Below, one piece after another: positions 54,971-58,861 of a stretch of DNA of 58,861 nt. This stretch comes from an uncultured Clostridia bacterium (GTDB lineage Bacteria > Bacillota > Clostridia > TANB77 > CAG-508). The stretch covers positions 1-58,861 of the forward strand of contig CAKOVG010000003.1 of assembly GCA_934121875.1 (NCBI GenBank), in the 5' to 3' direction. The notes under the pieces are model-generated. The model did no database searches. It was not told the DNA's origin and worked only from the letters and a program-made list of their open reading frames with translations. Numbering within the stretch: the stretch's first letter is position 1; the number at the start of each line of letters is the position of its first letter. The translations under genes were made by a program, and so were the position numbers.

Positions 54971-55789
54971 TCACTCGTTAGTTATAACCAATACTGTTTG
55001 TAGCTTTGAAAAGTCAACTGCTGTTTCTATATATGCATAACGGTCTATGTTATTTTTAGTATTAACTACTTGTTTGATATTTCCTATATGAATTCCTTTA
55101 GGATAAATTCCTCCTATCCCAGAAGTTTCTACACTATCATTTTCTATTATATCCGCTTCTGTAGGTATATATGATGCTTTTAATATAGAGTTACCTTTCA
55201 AAGTTCCTGTAGCAATAATTGCTTCTTTTGAAGTACTAATAATACTACTTACAGATGTTGAGTTATCTACAATAGTTTGTACTTTTGAAGTATTTTCTGT
55301 AGTAGATATTATATATCCAACTAATCCTTTATCTGCAATTACTGTCATATTTGGTTTTATACCGTTTTTGCTTCCAACATTTATAACTAAAGTTTTTTCG
55401 TAATTATTTATATTTTTGTTTATAATATATGCAGGTAGAGTTTTGTATTCTAGGTATTTATCTTTTAAATTAACATATTCTTTCAATGTTTCATTTTCAG
55501 ATTTAATAATTTCTAGTTCTCGTAGCGATTGTTCTAACTCACTATTTTTCTTTTTTAATTCTTCATTTTCATTTTGCAAGTTTTTTACATCTGCAAAAAA
55601 GCTGTCATTTCCTTCTATTTTATTTTTTAAGTAGGTAAGTCCATTTTGAATTGGCATTACAATACTACTAAAAATATTTTCTATAAATGATGCTTTTTTA
55701 ATATCTGTATTAGATAATATAACAATTGATATTAGAATAATTGTAGTTATTATAATACCTACTATACCTGTTTTTTTGTTTTTATACAT
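54971..55789 (-). CDS. mreC: rod shape-determining protein MreC
   Basis: After an N-terminal TM segment there is a coiled coil (LQNENEELKKKNSELEQSLRELE). Beta-barrel domains carry the GLVGYI and GGIYPKGIHIG motifs. Confidence 0.85.
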   Translation of the reverse strand: MYKNKKTGIVGIIITTIILISIVILSNTDIKKASFIENIFSSIVMPIQNGLTYLKNKIEGNDSFFADVKNLQNENEELKKKNSELEQSLRELEIIKSENETLKEYVNLKDKYLEYKTLPAYIINKNINNYEKTLVINVGSKNGIKPNMTVIADKGLVGYIISTTENTSKVQTIVDNSTSVSSIISTSKEAIIATGTLKGNSILKASYIPTEADIIENDSVETSGIGGIYPKGIHIGNIKQVVNTKNNIDRYAYIETAVDFSKLQTVLVITNE

Positions 55790-55805
55790 TACTACTCCTT
55801 AAAAA

Positions 55806-56834
55806 TTATCTTTTCCTAGATCTGTTCAATACTGTTCTTAGTTTTTCTAAATCTTCTAATGTTTTTTCTGCTCCTTTTGCTACACATTCTAATGGGTGGT
55901 CTGCTATATATACTGGCATTTCTGTTCTTTCTGCTAGTAAACTGTCAAAGTTTCTAATTAAAGCTCCACCGCCCGTTAATACTATTCCTCTTTCCATAAT
56001 GTCTGATGCTAGTTCTGGAGGTGTTTTTTCTAGTGTTTGCTTTATAATATCTACTATTTTTTCAATTGAATCATGCATTGCTTCTTGTGCTTGTGTTGAG
56101 GTTATATGCTTTATTTCTGGAAGTCCATTGTTTAAATTTCTCCCTCTAATTTCCATGCTTTCTTCTGTTAATAATGGTTTTGCACATCCTATATTTATTT
56201 TTACTTGTTCTGCTGTTGTTTCTCCAATAGCTAAGTTCATTTCTCTCTTCACATAGTTAATAATATCCTCATTTAATTCGTCTCCTGCTATGCGTAATGA
56301 ATTACTAGTTACAATTCCTCCTAATGAAATAACTGCTACCTCTGTAGTTCCTCCACCAATATCTACAACTATATTTCCATTAGGTTCCGCTACTTCTAGG
56401 TTAGCACCTATTGCAGCTGCCATTGGTTCTTCAATTATATATACTTCTTTAGCTCCTGCTTGCATTACAGATTCTTCTACAGCTCTTTCCTCTACTTCTG
56501 TAATTCCTGATGGCACTCCTACTACAACTCTTGGTCTATTTACATTATATCTTTGACATACTTTTTTTATCATAATTTTTAACATAAGTTGTGTTGCGGT
56601 ATAGTCTGCAATTACTCCATCTTTTAGTGGTCTGATAGCCATAATATCGTTTGGTGTTCTTCCAAGCATTTCTTTGGCTTCTGAACCTGTAGCTAATATT
56701 GTTCCATTATTTTTATCTATTGCAACTACAGATGGCTCATTTAGTACTATTCCTTTTCCTTTTATAGTAATTATAATGTTTGCTGTACCTAAGTCTACTC
56801 CTATATCTTTTGAGTTCCATCCCATTAATTTCAT
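55806..56834 (-). CDS. mreB: rod shape-determining actin homologue MreB
   Basis: DIGVDLGTANIII, VVVGVPSGITEVEERAV, VDIGGGTTEVAVISLGG and GIVLTGGGALI are the canonical MreB phosphate/adenosine motifs. Its start overlaps the radC stop. Confidence 0.95.
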   Translation of the reverse strand: MKLMGWNSKDIGVDLGTANIIITIKGKGIVLNEPSVVAIDKNNGTILATGSEAKEMLGRTPNDIMAIRPLKDGVIADYTATQLMLKIMIKKVCQRYNVNRPRVVVGVPSGITEVEERAVEESVMQAGAKEVYIIEEPMAAAIGANLEVAEPNGNIVVDIGGGTTEVAVISLGGIVTSNSLRIAGDELNEDIINYVKREMNLAIGETTAEQVKINIGCAKPLLTEESMEIRGRNLNNGLPEIKHITSTQAQEAMHDSIEKIVDIIKQTLEKTPPELASDIMERGIVLTGGGALIRNFDSLLAERTEMPVYIADHPLECVAKGAEKTLEDLEKLRTVLNRSRKR

Positions 56835-57548
56835 TTTAAATTCTTCCTTTCTAATAAATATGATTTAATACTTGTATATTCATTATACCCAATTACTATA
56901 TGATCTAATAGTTGGATTCCTAATATTTTTGAAGCTTCTTCCATTCTTTCTGTAAATTCTATATCTTGATTACTCGGCATTGAGTTTCCACTTGGGTGGT
57001 TATGTACCATTATTATTTTAGGTGCTCCTGCTTTTATTGCTTCTGCATATAAATCTTTTGGGTCAACATTTGCTGAGTTAGTTCCTCCAAGAGATATATT
57101 CTGAATTTTTATTATGACATTTTGGGAATTTAATATTATTACTTTCACTATTTCTCTTTTTTCTAATTTTAGTTCATTCATCACTAAATTTGATATATCT
57201 TGCGGGGTTTTTACTTTTATTTTTTGCCTATCAATCGGCATTGAAATTCTTTTTGCAAGTTCACATACTGCTTTTATTTGTATTGCTTTTACTTTGCCAA
57301 TTCCGTTTGATTTGCATTAGTTCATTAATAGATAATTCTTGCAAAAATGTGAAACTATCTTGTTTATATGTTTTTCCATTTCCTAGTGAAAGTATTTTTT
57401 GTGCTAGCGTAACTGAGCTTTCCTCTTTTGTACCACTTTTTATAATTATCGCTAGTAATTCTGCGTTTGATAATGTATTTTCTCCATACATTTCTAATTT
57501 TTCATATGGTCTCTCTGAAATTGGGAGCTGTTTCATTTTAATTGGCAT
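56831..57548 (-). pseudogene. radC: radC (JAB/MPN-domain DNA repair protein family) interrupted by a +1 frameshift
   Basis: The N-terminal ORF (57261-57548) reads MPIKMKQLPISERPYEKLEMYGENTLSNAELLAIIIKSGTKEES...ELMQIK, then goes out of frame. The next frame reads GIGKVKAIQIKAVCELAKRISMPIDRQ...HNHPSGNSMPS (JAMM motif) through to 56831. One extra base at about 57305 (AAA-C-GGA) separates the two frames. Confidence 0.8.
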
Positions 57549-57653
57549 ATAAATCCATCCTTTCTATATAGCCCCCAATATTAAATTATTTTTGAATAAA
57601 TTTTTTTGTTTAACAAAAGTATATTTTCCCCTATTTTATCTTTTATTCATTTA

Positions 57654-57911
57654 CTAGATTTTTTTGTAAATAAATATTGCTAATACAATACCAATTATGC
57701 TTGCTATATTTATTTTGAACATAAGGCCAAATGTTAATTTTACTACGTTTAGGTCTAATTCTACTGGTGTAGATAGTCCAAATTGTTCTCCATATGCAAG
57801 CCATGATAAAAAATCTACACGTGCTGCTAAGTTTCCCAATAGACCTCCTACTACAATTCCTGATAAAATAAATAAAAGTAATATCCATATATTTTTTTCT
57901 CTTGTTGCCAT
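57654..57911 (-). CDS. DUF4321-family small membrane protein
   Basis: The 85-aa protein has two hydrophobic segments flanking FGLSTPVELDLNVVKLTFGLMFKIN. An AAGGAGG RBS precedes it. Its location upstream of radC-mreB is typical of this family in Clostridia, a call made from memory of the family. Confidence 0.7.
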   Translation of the reverse strand: MATREKNIWILLLFILSGIVVGGLLGNLAARVDFLSWLAYGEQFGLSTPVELDLNVVKLTFGLMFKINIASIIGIVLAIFIYKKI

Positions 57912-57949
57912 TTATATTTCCTCCTTAGCATTTAAATTAGCATGTTAGT

Positions 57950-57978
57950 ATTATATATGCATTTAGTGTTTTTTTCAA
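57950..57978 (-). promoter_or_regulatory. sigma-A promoter for the DUF4321-radC-mreBCD operon (TTGAAA-17 nt-TATAAT)
   Basis: On the minus strand, TTGAAA (57973-57978) is followed by a 17-nt spacer and TATAAT (57950-57955). Confidence 0.65.
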
Positions 57979-58130
57979 GATAAATTACAATATTTTCACA
58001 CAAAAGTATTTTATTTTTTTCAATTATATGTTATACATAATATACCTTTAAAAATTTCCATAAATTGTTGGTTCCATTTAGGGGGTATTAGTAGTATAAT
58101 ATTATTAGATTGATATATGGAGGACACCTA

Positions 58131-58766
58131 ATGAAATTTGAAAAACTAAATGAAAATAAGATAAGAATAATTTTAACGATACAAGACTTAGTAGATAAAG
58201 AAATTGACTTTCATGCTTTTATGTCTAATTCTATTGAAGTTCAGGATATTTTAATAGATATGTTGGAACAGGCAAAAAAAGAGACTGGTTTTGATCCAGA
58301 AGATTCTAATTTAAAGGTTGAGGCATTGTCCATGGCTGATACTGATTTTGTTTTTACTATTACTAAGGTTCCTACTGACGGAAGGGCAAAGGCTAATAGA
58401 AAAAAATTTACTGTAAAGAGAAAAAGTATTTCTCCTAGTTCCACTCAAGCATTATATTGCTTTAATTCTTTTGATGACTTTAACGATTTTTTAGTTTTTT
58501 TTAGTAAAAATGAATTAATTAAATATACTAAAAAACTGGCTAAATCTATTACTTTGTATGAATATAAAGAAAAGTATTATTTGTTATTAAATAACATAAA
58601 TACTGAATTAATGGATGCAATAAAATTTTATACTTGCATTACTGAATTTGCTAAATGTATTACAAGTGCAAAAGTTTTTTCAAGTAAATTATCAGAATGT
58701 GGTAGTCTAATTATGAAAAATAATGCAATAGAAATTGGACTTAAACACTTTGTAATATCAAAATAA
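58131..58766 (+). CDS. mecA: adaptor protein MecA (ClpC adaptor)
   Basis: The ATG at 58131 has a TGGAGGA RBS. The product starts MKFEKLNENKIRIILTIQDLVDKEIDFHAF...LIDMLEQAKKETGFD, which parallels the MecA N-terminal domain. Its ~211-aa length is right for MecA. Confidence 0.8.
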   Translation: MKFEKLNENKIRIILTIQDLVDKEIDFHAFMSNSIEVQDILIDMLEQAKKETGFDPEDSNLKVEALSMADTDFVFTITKVPTDGRAKANRKKFTVKRKSISPSSTQALYCFNSFDDFNDFLVFFSKNELIKYTKKLAKSITLYEYKEKYYLLLNNINTELMDAIKFYTCITEFAKCITSAKVFSSKLSECGSLIMKNNAIEIGLKHFVISK

Positions 58767-58794
58767 AAAAAATCTCCAGATTAACTGAAGTGGT

Positions 58795-58832
58795 AAAATG
58801 AAAGTAGACACAAAAAGTCTGCTTTCATTTTT
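58795..58832 (+). terminator. intrinsic terminator of mecA
   Basis: AAATGAAAGTAGAC (58795-58808) pairs with GTCTGCTTTCATTT (58816-58829) with one G-U pair, followed by a T-run. Confidence 0.7.
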
Positions 58833-58861
58833 TGTGTTAAAATAATTTCATAGGAGGATAA

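Noticed and set aside
57114-57552. Plus-strand ORFs of 68 aa and 120 aa across radC
   Set aside because: They are antisense to the two halves of the frameshifted radC.
57643-57948. 81-aa minus-strand and 83-aa plus-strand ORFs overlapping the DUF4321 gene
   Set aside because: The 85-aa frame has the AAGGAGG RBS and a membrane-protein-like sequence. The others are frame artefacts.
1-58861. CRISPR arrays, rRNA/tRNA genes, transposases, integrases, phage genes
   Set aside because: I scanned intergenic regions and ORF translations by eye. I found no direct-repeat/spacer arrays, no GC-rich RNA-gene-like blocks other than the palindrome, and no recombinase-like ORFs.

Overview
This is a very AT-rich chromosomal segment, by eye far below 35% GC. 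It comes from a spore-forming, low-GC Firmicute that looks Clostridia-like, since spoIIE, mecA, gdpP and a DUF4321-radC-mreBCD-PBP2-minC cluster are all present. Almost every real gene is on the minus strand.

The housekeeping backbone, read on the minus strand from right to left, is:
- DUF4321, radC (frameshifted), mreB, mreC, mreD, PBP2 and a short minC
- spoIIE
- a WG-repeat protein, an unknown 410-aa protein and acpS
- tatD
- a G5/DUF348 cell-wall hydrolase
- xth and an AI-2E transporter
- an OmpR-type response regulator and a histidine kinase
- rpoB and rpoC
- gdpP and rplI

Plus-strand genes are few: a small multidrug-export-family protein, lemA, a cluster of three small ORFs, mecA, and one orphan promoter-to-terminator unit at 2.5-2.9 kb.

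Two accessory surface-protein islands interrupt this backbone.
- Island 1 is a 14.9-kb gene for a 4,965-aa repeat adhesin, lying directly downstream of rpoC. Its last 63 residues look like a duplicated-segment dockerin. It is followed by a 257-aa protein with a signal peptide, a cohesin-like module and an LPQTG sorting signal. I read this as a candidate non-cellulosomal cohesin-dockerin tethering system, and it is my best candidate for the 'system' in this window.
- Island 2 is a two-gene operon for 1,691-aa and 1,710-aa surface proteins, with its own sigma-A promoter and terminator. Both proteins carry SdrD-B/DUF11-like modules and share a non-LPXTG C-terminal anchor. One has a thioester-domain-like N-terminus and an odd Cys/His cluster.

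Other non-genic signals:
- a GC-rich 128-bp near-perfect palindrome abutting the xth promoter
- an exact 15-mer (TTTGTCGTTTTTAGT) present three times in intergenic DNA, including the spoIIE promoter region
- a long rpoB leader with a terminator-like hairpin
- a 13-bp stem-loop between rpoB and rpoC

I saw no rRNA, tRNA, CRISPR array, transposase or integrase. All domain calls come from reading motifs by eye. No database search or computation was run.
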